A DNA stretch of 64,000 bases from the NCBI GenBank assembly GCA_011526565.1, contig WYBL01000026.1:103928-167927 (forward strand), in the 5' to 3' direction. Position 1 is the first letter of the stretch. Each line of letters begins with the position of its first letter. The DNA is from Acidobacteriota bacterium. GTDB lineage: Bacteria; Acidobacteriota; Vicinamibacteria; Fen-336. The position numbers and the translations under genes are program-made. Positions 39,759-48,367 of this stretch are shown here, one piece after another. The notes beneath the pieces are model-generated. The model had not been told where the DNA came from and searched no databases. It saw only the letters and a program-made list of their open reading frames with translations.

Positions 39759-41990
39759 CTACCGGGCGGCGCCCAGGAGCGTCTCCGCGGTGAACGCGTA
39801 CATCTGCTGCCGCATGTGCCACAGCAGCTTCGGGTCGGTGACACCGTGGCGCGACTTCGGGTACAGCATCAGCCGGAACGGCTTGCCGGCCTTCTGCAGC
39901 TCCCACGCGAACTGCATCGTGTTGGCGGGGTGCACGTTGTCGTCGAGCGCGCCGTGGATCAGCAGCAGCTCGCCGTGGAGGTCCTTCGCGGCCGCCCGCG
40001 GCGCGGTGCGCGCGTAGCCGTCGGGGTTGTTGGCCGGCGTCTTCATGTAGCGCTCGGTGTAGACCGAGTCGTAGTTGCGCCAGTCGGTGACCGAGCCGCC
40101 GGCGATACCCATCGCGAAGCTCTTCGAGTGGGTGAGCGCGTAGCTGACCATGAACCCGCCGTAGCTCCAGCCGTTGATGCCGATCCGCGCGGCGTCGACC
40201 CACGGCTGCTGCTTCAGGAACGCGATCCCGTCCTCGACGTCGGCCAGTTCCGTCTCGCCCAGCCGCAGGTAGCCGTGCCACGCCGACTGCGCGCCCTTGC
40301 CCGAGGCCGTGCGGTTGTCGCAGACCCAGACGACGATGCCCTGCTGGGCCAGGAACTGGCTGTACATGAACGACGTCCCGCCCCAGGCGTCGCGCACCTG
40401 CGGCGCGTGCGGACCGCCGTAGGTGAGCTGGAACACCGGGTACTTCTTCGCCGGGTCGAAGTCGGGCGGCTTGACCAGCATCGCCTCCATCTCGAACCCG
40501 TCGCGGGTCTTCACCTTCAGCAGCTCGGGCTTGCCGATCCGGAACTGCGCCAGGGCCTTCACCTCGTTGCCGTCGATCAGCCGCACCAGCTTGCCGTCCG
40601 CCGTGTGGAGCCGGACCTGGGTGGGCGTCGTGAGGTCGCTCCACGAGTCGACGTAGTGGGTGAAGCCGGGGTTGAAGGTCGCCGAGTGGGTGCCGGGTGT
40701 CTCGCTGAGGCGGCGCCGGCCGCTGCCGTCGAGCTTCACCGCGTAGACGTCGCTGCCGATCGGGCTGCGCTCGGTGCCCGAGAAGTAGACGAGCCCGGCC
40801 TTCTCGTCGACGCCGTGCAGCGTGCGCGCCTCCCACTCGCCCGTGGTCACGGCGCGGACGAGCGTCGCGTCCTTCGCGTAGTGGTAGAGGTGCTTGAAGC
40901 CGCTGCGCTCCGAGAACCACAGGAAGCCGCCGTCCTGAAGCCAGTGCGGCGCGCCCTGCGGCTCGACCCACGCCTTCGTGGTCTCGCGCAGCAGCACCTT
41001 CGTCTCGCCGCGCGTGCTCGCGGTCGCCAGGTCGAGCCAGGTCTGCTCGCGGTCCTGGACCTGGAACCCGACGCGGTCGGAGGCCGGCGCCCACGACACC
41101 TCGACGATCAGGATCTCGGAGGTGCCCCAGCGCCCGAGGTCGGCGAAGACCGGCGCACCGCCCGCGGCCGAAACGATGCCGAGCTTCACGCCCGGGTTCG
41201 GGTCACCGGCCTTGGGGTACGGCCACTGCTCGACGTCGGGGCGGTAGGCCATGTCGTCGACCAGCGTGAAGCGCGGCACCGCGTGCTCGTCGAGGCGCAG
41301 GAAGGCGAGCCGCGCCGAGTCCGGGCTCCACCAGTACGCGCGGCGCTGGCCGCGGCCGTAGATCTCCTCCTCGTAGACCCAGTCGAACTCGCCGTTCAGC
41401 ACGTTCGCCGAGCCGTCGGTGGTCAGCCGCCGCTCGCGCGCCGTCTCCACGTCGACGACGTGCAGGTCGTGCTCGCGCACGAAGGCGACGCTGCGGGCGT
41501 CGGGGCTGAAGCTGGCGAGGATCTCCTCGCCGGGCGTCGCGGTCAGCCGCACCAGTCGATCGCTGCCGAACCGCCACAGCCACAGGTCGCGGGCGAACGA
41601 GACGAGCGCGAGCTGGCGCGCCGGGTCCTTGACCAGGCCGCGCGAGCGGGCCAGCCGCTTCGCCTCGTCCGCGCCCGCACCCGGCACACGCGCGATGGCG
41701 GCGGTCAGCTTCGCGCTGTCGAACAGCGGCTCCTCGCGGCCGGTGGCCACGTCCACCTTGCGCCACTCGCCCCCGCTCGCGCGGCGCTCGCCGCCCGTCG
41801 GCGCGTCCGCCTTGAAGTAGACGTACGCGCGGTCGTCGAGCCACTCGACGCCCGACACGGGCTGCCCGGCGAAGTCGAGCTTCTTCTCGGGGTGGTACAG
41901 GTCCTCGAGCGTGAGCGGTCGCTGCTGCGCGAGGGCGGGGACGGAGAGGGTCGCGGCCAGCGCCGCGGCGGCGAACGGGGAGAATCGCAA
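39759..41990 (-). CDS. Dipeptidyl-peptidase IV-like S9B serine peptidase (beta-propeller plus alpha/beta-hydrolase)
   Basis: The DPP-IV N-terminal propeller has SPDSARLAF...EEEIYGR. The catalytic GWSYGG nucleophile motif is INGWSYGGFMVSYAL. Signal peptide. Confidence 0.85.
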   Translation of the reverse strand: MRFSPFAAAALAATLSVPALAQQRPLTLEDLYHPEKKLDFAGQPVSGVEWLDDRAYVYFKADAPTGGERRASGGEWRKVDVATGREEPLFDSAKLTAAIARVPGAGADEAKRLARSRGLVKDPARQLALVSFARDLWLWRFGSDRLVRLTATPGEEILASFSPDARSVAFVREHDLHVVDVETARERRLTTDGSANVLNGEFDWVYEEEIYGRGQRRAYWWSPDSARLAFLRLDEHAVPRFTLVDDMAYRPDVEQWPYPKAGDPNPGVKLGIVSAAGGAPVFADLGRWGTSEILIVEVSWAPASDRVGFQVQDREQTWLDLATASTRGETKVLLRETTKAWVEPQGAPHWLQDGGFLWFSERSGFKHLYHYAKDATLVRAVTTGEWEARTLHGVDEKAGLVYFSGTERSPIGSDVYAVKLDGSGRRRLSETPGTHSATFNPGFTHYVDSWSDLTTPTQVRLHTADGKLVRLIDGNEVKALAQFRIGKPELLKVKTRDGFEMEAMLVKPPDFDPAKKYPVFQLTYGGPHAPQVRDAWGGTSFMYSQFLAQQGIVVWVCDNRTASGKGAQSAWHGYLRLGETELADVEDGIAFLKQQPWVDAARIGINGWSYGGFMVSYALTHSKSFAMGIAGGSVTDWRNYDSVYTERYMKTPANNPDGYARTAPRAAAKDLHGELLLIHGALDDNVHPANTMQFAWELQKAGKPFRLMLYPKSRHGVTDPKLLWHMRQQMYAFTAETLLGAAR

Positions 41991-42044
41991 GGTGGGCCTC
42001 CTGCAGCGCCGGCCGGGGCCGACGCGCAGGAAGTATAGGCGGCG

Positions 42045-42452
42045 TCAGCGCGCGGGCGGCGACGGCGAAGGCGCGGCGGTTCCGCGGGGCTCGACGATCA
42101 GGTAGGCGACCGTCGTGTCGCCGACGTTCAGGACCTCGTGCCAGGCGACGCCGTCGCTCGCGAAGCTGGAGCCCGCCGCGATCTCGACCTCGCGCGTGCC
42201 GCGCTCGTCGGTGATCCGCATCCGGCCGCCGGACAGGGCGTAGCCGAAGTGCCGCGCGTGGAAGTGGCGCTCGTGGCCGACGCCGGGGGCGAAGCTGCAG
42301 CGCAGCACGCGCAGCGCCTCGTCCTCGCGCAGCCGCTCGCAGACGGGCGCCCCGCGCCAGCCCGCCGCCAGCGGATCGGGCAGCGGGGCCGGCGCCTCCG
42401 CGGCGAGCGCGAGCGGCACCACGACGATCGCGGCGACGCCCGCGGCTCGCAC
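42045..42452 (-). CDS. Secreted cupin-domain protein
   Basis: It has a GTG start with a signal peptide (RAAGVAAIVVVPLALAAEAP). The cupin motifs are GHERHFHARHFGYALSGG and EVLNVGDTTVAYLIVE. Confidence 0.65.
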   Translation of the reverse strand: MRAAGVAAIVVVPLALAAEAPAPLPDPLAAGWRGAPVCERLREDEALRVLRCSFAPGVGHERHFHARHFGYALSGGRMRITDERGTREVEIAAGSSFASDGVAWHEVLNVGDTTVAYLIVEPRGTAAPSPSPPAR

Positions 42453-42463
42453 GGCGACGCGGG

Positions 42464-44635
42464 CTACTGGCCGGCCGGCTTCGCGGGCGCCGGGGCCGGC
42501 GGCATCGCGAAGCGCGACGCGTCGAGCTGTGGGTCGACCTTCGCGGTCGCGACCTCCATCACCTCGACGCGGGCGTTGAACTCCAGCTCCAGCCGGAACG
42601 GCAGCATCAGCCCGTCGACCGCGCGGAAGTCGGAGTAGTAGGCGCGCTGGGCGAACGGCTGGGCGCCCTGCGTGTAGTCGAGGACCTGGCTGTCGACCGC
42701 GACCTCGAGGAACGTGCGCGGGTCGAGGTGCCAGGTCTCGACGGCCGCGGGCTGGCCGTCGCGCGCGGGGAAGGAGACCTTCAGCGCGATCGTCGGCGCG
42801 CCGTTGACCTCGCCGCGTCCGGCCTTCTCGACGGCCAGGCCGTGGGCAGCCGGATCGAGCAGCGGCGGGGCGAAGATCGCCTCGCGCCGCATCTGCGGCC
42901 CGTACGTCGCCATGTCCTTGTGGCCCGGCACGCGCAGCGGGGTCTGGCTGAGGAAGTGGTGCTGCAGCCAGGCGCCGGCTTCGTCCCACGCGCGGATCGC
43001 CGGCGTGCCGGCGACGCTGTACTGGAGGCGGAAGAGGTCGGCGGGCAGCGCGCGCTGCCGCAGCAGGACGAAGTCCGAGCGCTCGCTGAACGCGCGGTAC
43101 GTGCCGCGCAGCTCGAGGCCCTTCGCCTGCTTCCAGCGAGTGGCGCCGCCGCGGGCCGCAGCGTAGCGGCGCAGGATCTCGTCGGCCGCGAGGTCGCCCG
43201 AGGGCGCTTCGGGCGCCGCCGCACTCGCCGCGCCCTTCGCGGGCGCTGCGGGCGCGACCGGCGTCGCCGCGGCGGCCAGCGCCTTCTCGCCCACGTCGTA
43301 GGCGACCAGGTCCTGGTGGTCGCGCACGTAGAGGCGCGTCCCCGCCAGGCTCGGCGCGGTCCACGCGCGGGAGTTGCCGCTCAGCGCGCGCACGCGGCCC
43401 AGCTCCTGGTACGACTCGGGCGTCGCCCGCACCAGCGCGAGCGTGCCTTCGTCGCCGAGCACGAACAGCAGGTCGCCCGCCGCGATCAGCGAACCTTTGC
43501 CGAAGCCGCGGGCCGCCCACCGCCGCGCGCCGGTGGCTGCGTCGAGGCAGCGAAAGGTGCCGTTGTCGAACCCGTAGAGGTTGTCGCCGACTCGGACCGA
43601 GGCGTTGAAGTGGTTGCGCATCAGCCGCTCGGACCAAAGCGGCTCGGTCTTCCACGCGCCTGCCTCGCGACGCACGCGGATCGCGAGCGAGCCGAACGAG
43701 TCGTCGGAGGTCGAGACGAACACGACGTCGCCCGGCAGGATCACCGGGATCGCGATCGCCGAGCGCGGCGCGGTCTCGTGCTCCCACAGCAACGTGCCGT
43801 CGAGGCCGAGGCCGGCGACGCGCGTGCCGCGCGAGTACACGAGCTGGCGCACGCCGCCCAGCTCGGCGACCACCGGCGACGCGTACGACGCGGGCCCGGC
43901 GAAACCGCCGCGCCAGCGCAGCTCGCCCGTCGCCGCGTCGAACGCGGCCGCGGCGCCGATCGGACGCGGTCGTGCTGCCGCTGCGGCAGGGTTCGGGGTG
44001 GCATCCGGCGCCGGCGTGGGCGTCGGGCCGGCCTTGGCCGCCGCGTCCGCGAGCGCGCGGTCCACCAGGTCTTTCGTCCCCACTTCGACGACCACCAGGC
44101 CGTCGACCACCACCGGCGACATCGCGTAGCCGTAGCGCGGCACCGGGTCGTACGCCGTCAGGTCGCGCTCCCACACCCGCGCCCCGGTCGCCGCGTCGAG
44201 CGCCATCAGCCGCGAGGCGGACGAGACGACGTAGACGCGGTCGCCGTGCACGGTCGGCGTCGAGCGCGGGCCGTCGCCGAACTCCAGCCGGAACGGCTTG
44301 CCGAGCTCGACCCGCCACAACGTCTTGCCGTCGGCGGCGGAGAGCGCCAGCGCGACCTCGACCTCGCCTTCGGCCGCGAGCGTGAAGAGCCGGTCGCCCG
44401 CGGCCGTGATCGAGGAGAAGCCGGCGCCGAGCCCGCGCCGCCACAGCTCGACGGGGCCGCTCGCGGGCCACGCCTGCGCCACGCCTGCGGCGGGAGCCGT
44501 GCCGTCCTGCCGCGGCCCGCGGAACTGCGGCCAGTCTTCGGCCGCGGCGGTGCCCCCGAGCCCGACGACGAGCGCCAGGGCGCTGCAGCCGGCGATACGG
44601 CGGATCGGGCCTTTTTTCTGGCGGCGTGCGTTCAT
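42464..44635 (-). CDS. PQQ-like beta-propeller repeat protein (BamB-like) fused to a C-terminal LolA-like/lipoprotein-sorting-like domain
   Basis: Signal peptide. There are repeated WxxxxG...A.D..TG..W motifs (LWRVELGKP, ALDAATGARVWER, FDAATGELRWRG, LDAATGARRWAA). The C-terminal ~250 aa is distinct. GAGGGAG precedes the ATG. Confidence 0.7.
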   Translation of the reverse strand: MNARRQKKGPIRRIAGCSALALVVGLGGTAAAEDWPQFRGPRQDGTAPAAGVAQAWPASGPVELWRRGLGAGFSSITAAGDRLFTLAAEGEVEVALALSAADGKTLWRVELGKPFRLEFGDGPRSTPTVHGDRVYVVSSASRLMALDAATGARVWERDLTAYDPVPRYGYAMSPVVVDGLVVVEVGTKDLVDRALADAAAKAGPTPTPAPDATPNPAAAAARPRPIGAAAAFDAATGELRWRGGFAGPASYASPVVAELGGVRQLVYSRGTRVAGLGLDGTLLWEHETAPRSAIAIPVILPGDVVFVSTSDDSFGSLAIRVRREAGAWKTEPLWSERLMRNHFNASVRVGDNLYGFDNGTFRCLDAATGARRWAARGFGKGSLIAAGDLLFVLGDEGTLALVRATPESYQELGRVRALSGNSRAWTAPSLAGTRLYVRDHQDLVAYDVGEKALAAAATPVAPAAPAKGAASAAAPEAPSGDLAADEILRRYAAARGGATRWKQAKGLELRGTYRAFSERSDFVLLRQRALPADLFRLQYSVAGTPAIRAWDEAGAWLQHHFLSQTPLRVPGHKDMATYGPQMRREAIFAPPLLDPAAHGLAVEKAGRGEVNGAPTIALKVSFPARDGQPAAVETWHLDPRTFLEVAVDSQVLDYTQGAQPFAQRAYYSDFRAVDGLMLPFRLELEFNARVEVMEVATAKVDPQLDASRFAMPPAPAPAKPAGQ

Positions 44636-44860
44636 CGTGGCTCCCTCGTTGCTCCGGTGCCGGATTCTGGCACGCTGGCGCCGCCACGTGCGCCGGGTCA
44701 TCCAGGTGGCTGGTCACGCCGCAGCAACCGGGTTCCGGAGGCGGCGGAACGCGGGCGCCTAGGCGACGAGCGTCTCCTCGAGTCCCGGCCACGACTCCAG
44801 CAGTTCCGCGACTTTCGTCGACGGCAGGATCGGCACCCGCGGCTTCGGGTCGCCCACGTC

Positions 44861-46237
44861 TCAGGACTCGTACTGCAGCAGGCGGCGTTCGCCCTGCAGG
44901 GAGCGCTCGCGGGTCAGGTCCTGGGTCACCTCGAGGGTGCCGAGGTAGGCGCCCTTCTCGTCGCGCAGCGCGAAGTAGCGGATGTGGGCGAAGCGGCCGT
45001 GGAGCTCGATCCAGAACTCGGCCACGCTCTGCCGACCGGCGCGGAAGTCGGCGAGGATGCGCTCCACGACGTCGACGCTCGACGGCGGGTGGCAGTGCTG
45101 GACCCGTCGGCCGAGGATCGCCTTGGGCCGGGCGAAGACGCGGTTCGGGCCCTCGCTGAAGAAGCGCACGCGATCCTCGGCGTCGACGAAGGTGAGGTCG
45201 ACCGGCAGCGTCGCGAAGATCGCCTTGAGCTGCTCGAGGCCGAGCGCCCCGGTCGGCAGCACCACGAGCCCCTGGGCCAGCGCACCCCCGGGGGCTTGGG
45301 GGCGGAGGAGGCCGGAGTCGTCCGACGGAGCCCCCATGGGACCGGCGGCGGATTCACTCCGCCGCCGGAACCCGATGGTCGTGAACGCAACGCCGGAGCG
45401 CGAGGCCTCGGCCGCGGCTGCCTCGGGCACAGCGCTCGTCGCCGCGGCCGGCGTCCAGCCCGCGCGCGGGTCGACGATGCAGTAACCGAACTGCGGTGAC
45501 TGCGTGAAAATCTCGCCCCACTCGGTCTCAGTCAGGTTCTGGAGCGCCATCGGCAGCAGGATGCGCTCCTCCTTGAAGACCATCTCTTCGAGCGCTGCGA
45601 GCGCCGGCTCGGCCACGGCCTGTGCGACCAGCCGCCACTCGCCGGCGGTGCCGCCGCTCTCGGCGAGCGCCGTACCGAGTTCCTTCAGCAACCCGCGCAC
45701 CTCGTCGTCCTTGCCCCACATCACCTTCGAGGGGCCCGTGATGCCGTGCCGCTCGAGCACGGAGAACAGCAGGTGCTCCTTGCGCTGGTAGTGCTTCTCG
45801 ACGTCCATCAGGCCCGCGAACGCCTTGCGGCACTCGAGCAGCTTGCCAGGGTCGGCGGGCGCCTCCGGGTCGGCGTCCGGCGGCGCCAGCGCGGCGAGGG
45901 CGGCCCGCATCGCGCGCGCCTGCTCGCGCAGCGCCTCGTTCTCGCGGCGGAAGGTGTCGACCGGGTGGCCCGGCGGCGGCGGCGCGCTCGCGCGCTCGAC
46001 GAGGATGTCGCGCACGACCTGCGAGTGCAGGTCGCACATGCCCATGATCTGGCCTACCGGCACGCCTTCGGCCATCAGCTCCTGCTCCATGGCCGCGATC
46101 TCCGACGCGTCGCACTCGCGGACCAGCGCCGCGAGGCGCCGCTTCACCTCGGCCGGCGCGTGACCCTGGTGCAGGTGGCGGATGACTTCTTTGAGGGTGC
46201 GGATACGGTAGGCGCGGTTATCGATCAGTTCGCTCAT
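44861..46237 (-). CDS. DUF438/hemerythrin-like/PAS multi-domain sensor protein
   Basis: The N-terminal DUF438-like segment is ELIDNRAYRIRTLKEVIRHLHQGHAPAEVKRRL. The hemerythrin-like histidines are EKHYQRKEHLLF. The C-terminal PAS-like region is VDLTFVDAEDRVRFFSEG...RRVQHCHPPSSV. Confidence 0.65.
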   Translation of the reverse strand: MSELIDNRAYRIRTLKEVIRHLHQGHAPAEVKRRLAALVRECDASEIAAMEQELMAEGVPVGQIMGMCDLHSQVVRDILVERASAPPPPGHPVDTFRRENEALREQARAMRAALAALAPPDADPEAPADPGKLLECRKAFAGLMDVEKHYQRKEHLLFSVLERHGITGPSKVMWGKDDEVRGLLKELGTALAESGGTAGEWRLVAQAVAEPALAALEEMVFKEERILLPMALQNLTETEWGEIFTQSPQFGYCIVDPRAGWTPAAATSAVPEAAAAEASRSGVAFTTIGFRRRSESAAGPMGAPSDDSGLLRPQAPGGALAQGLVVLPTGALGLEQLKAIFATLPVDLTFVDAEDRVRFFSEGPNRVFARPKAILGRRVQHCHPPSSVDVVERILADFRAGRQSVAEFWIELHGRFAHIRYFALRDEKGAYLGTLEVTQDLTRERSLQGERRLLQYES

Positions 46238-46325
46238 CGGAATGGTCCCCGTGTCCCGCCACTGCGGGAATGACGATGCCAAAGGTCATTCTCTTCGGGC
46301 TCCAGTGCTCGCGACATGACCGCCG

Positions 46326-46832
46326 TCATGTCGCCACAGCCCCAGCCGACCCGAGCAGGCGCAAGGCACGCAGGTAGACGTCGCCCTGGACCCGGACCTG
46401 CAGGTCGCGCACGACCCATCGCCCGTCCCGCGCCAGGCTCCACAGCAACGCGGCGAGGTAGGGGCCGGTCGCACATTGGCGCGAACGCAACCACCAGCCG
46501 GCCAACTCGAACATCGGGCAGCCTCGGACGTGGCCGCGCGTGGCCTCAGTGGCCTCGTCGAGCGCCCGCTCCACCGCCGCGGCCACCGATCCGGGCTGCC
46601 TGCACCGCTCGACGAGGGCGGCCACCGCCGCGTCCTCCCGCGCCGCTTCCGGGGACTCCTCGAGTTCGAGCAAGCGCGCGACCGTGGACGACTCCAGCAG
46701 CACCCCCACTGCCAGGAACACGGCATCGGTCTCGATCTCCCAGATGCGGCGTGGGGCTTCCGGGGGATCTCTCCTGTCGTCGTCGCGCACGTGTGCGTCC
46801 TTTGGGTCGATCGGCCTCCGGTCGAACAACAT
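46326..46832 (-). CDS. Hypothetical protein (168 aa)
   Basis: MLFDRRPIDPKDAHVRDDDRRD...ELAGWWLRSRQCATGPYLAALLWSLARDGRWVV is non-repetitive. There is no family call. It sits between two confidently called genes. Confidence 0.35.
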   Translation of the reverse strand: MLFDRRPIDPKDAHVRDDDRRDPPEAPRRIWEIETDAVFLAVGVLLESSTVARLLELEESPEAAREDAAVAALVERCRQPGSVAAAVERALDEATEATRGHVRGCPMFELAGWWLRSRQCATGPYLAALLWSLARDGRWVVRDLQVRVQGDVYLRALRLLGSAGAVAT

Positions 46833-46873
46833 CGCTTCTCCCTGTCTCTGGACCCGCGCTGCCTCGCGGCGCC

Positions 46874-47446
46874 TCAGCCCATGCCGAAGACAACGAGGGC
46901 CGCGGCCGGCGGCAGGAGTCCCGCCGCGACCAGCCACTTGCCTCGTGCCGTCAGCCCATGGCGACCCTTCAGAATCAGTAGCCCGGTCACGTTGACCAGC
47001 ACGAGCAGCACCGAGAAGGCGTCGGAGAACCACTTCCAGGCCTTCAGGCTGTTGCGGTGGAGGACGTTCACCTCGTAGAAGACGGGGCGCCGAGCGAGCC
47101 GCTCGTAGAGGCCCCGCCGCTGGTCCAGGTACAAGTGCAGCGAAGCGTCGTCGTAGTAGACCTTCACTTGCCCTGGGGTCGGCACGTCGACGATCCGGTG
47201 CTCCTGCTCTCCGACCCGGCCGCCGAGTCTCCGGACGAGAGCCTCGTCGACCTCGGCCTCGGTGTACGCCCTTTCGAGCACGATCTCCTGCTTGTGCACG
47301 ACGAAGTCCGGGTTCCATTCGTCGACGTGGTTGAGGGCGATACCGGAGAGGCAGTACGAGATCACGAATGCCGTCAGGAAATAGCCGAAGTCGCGGTGGA
47401 GAATCCGGCTCCAGCGTCGCACCGCGGCGAAGAACGCCGTCGTCAT
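46874..47446 (-). CDS. PepSY-associated TM-helix family membrane protein
   Basis: ILHRDFGYFLTAFVISYCLSGIALNH...KWFSDAFSVLLVLVNVTGLLIL is the PepSY_TM pattern. Confidence 0.65.
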   Translation of the reverse strand: MTTAFFAAVRRWSRILHRDFGYFLTAFVISYCLSGIALNHVDEWNPDFVVHKQEIVLERAYTEAEVDEALVRRLGGRVGEQEHRIVDVPTPGQVKVYYDDASLHLYLDQRRGLYERLARRPVFYEVNVLHRNSLKAWKWFSDAFSVLLVLVNVTGLLILKGRHGLTARGKWLVAAGLLPPAAALVVFGMG

Positions 47447-48366
47447 CGCTCCCCGACGGGGCTCGGGCGCCCGAGGCCCGCCGCCAGGCCGCGGGCCGCC
47501 TCGACGAGCCAGGCGTCGATCGCGGGGTCAGGGAGGATGGCGTCGGGCGCGTAGGCGACTCGCTCGCGGTGGCGCGGGACGTCCGCGATGCCCTTGCCGA
47601 TGATCTTCACCTGGAACATCTCGTCGAACGCGACGAACACCGGCACCACCACGGCGCGCTCCTTGCGCGCGAGCACCTGCTCGATCGCCCGCGTGGTGTG
47701 GGCGGGGTCGTAGTGAGCGACGTGACCAGCCCAGCCCCACGCGAACTCGTCGATGCCAGCGCCGGCGCGGACGTGGGCGGCGATGTCCTTCATCAGCGCC
47801 GCCCATCGCTCCTCGTACTTCGCGTCGCCGTACGCGATCAGGACGAGGCCTTCGCGGGCAGGAACCTGCGACAACTCGCGCACGCGGCGCAGGACGTTCT
47901 CCCTGACCAGTGGCCCGAAATCGAGGCGCGGCGCGAAGTGGGTGCGGGCGCGAGGCGTGTAACGCTCGATCCTCTCGATCTTCAGTGCCTGGAGAGAGTG
48001 CGCGTCAGCCTTGCGTCCGAGGATCGTCGGGATGTCGTCGAAAGTGTGGGCGCTCACGGTGAGGAATACCGGCACGACGATCACGTCGCTGAAGCCCTCG
48101 GCGTCGAACTCCTTCATGCGCGTCGCAATCGACGGCTCCGTGTACTCCATGAACGCGGTCTTCACGCCGTGCACGAGTCCCGATTCGAGCAGTGGCTGGC
48201 GCACCCGGCGATCGAGGGCAAGCAGGGCCTCACGCCAAGCGGCCGAGCGAGAGCCGTGGTTCGCGAGCAGCACGCCGACCTTCGGCGCCGGCTGGGCGAG
48301 CGCCCTGTCCGGCGCGAGCGCAACCACGACGACGAGGGCGAGGGCGAGTGGCATTCCGCGGGTCAT
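47443..48366 (-). CDS. cbiX: CbiX/SirB-family (class II) chelatase, two-domain, with signal peptide. Predicted periplasmic metal/tetrapyrrole-handling protein.
   Basis: GVLLANHGSRSAAW is the N-terminal CbiX HGS motif. There is a duplicated fold in the second half (LVLIAYGDAKYEERWA). Confidence 0.65.
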   Translation of the reverse strand: MTRGMPLALALVVVVALAPDRALAQPAPKVGVLLANHGSRSAAWREALLALDRRVRQPLLESGLVHGVKTAFMEYTEPSIATRMKEFDAEGFSDVIVVPVFLTVSAHTFDDIPTILGRKADAHSLQALKIERIERYTPRARTHFAPRLDFGPLVRENVLRRVRELSQVPAREGLVLIAYGDAKYEERWAALMKDIAAHVRAGAGIDEFAWGWAGHVAHYDPAHTTRAIEQVLARKERAVVVPVFVAFDEMFQVKIIGKGIADVPRHRERVAYAPDAILPDPAIDAWLVEAARGLAAGLGRPSPVGER

Positions 48367-48367
48367 C

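Noticed and set aside
44636-44860. Sigma-54 promoter (TGGCAC-N5-TTGC) in the 225-bp region upstream of the PQQ-propeller gene
   Set aside because: TGGCACG is present on the plus strand. But the spacing/-12 element is missing and the orientation is wrong for the minus-strand gene.
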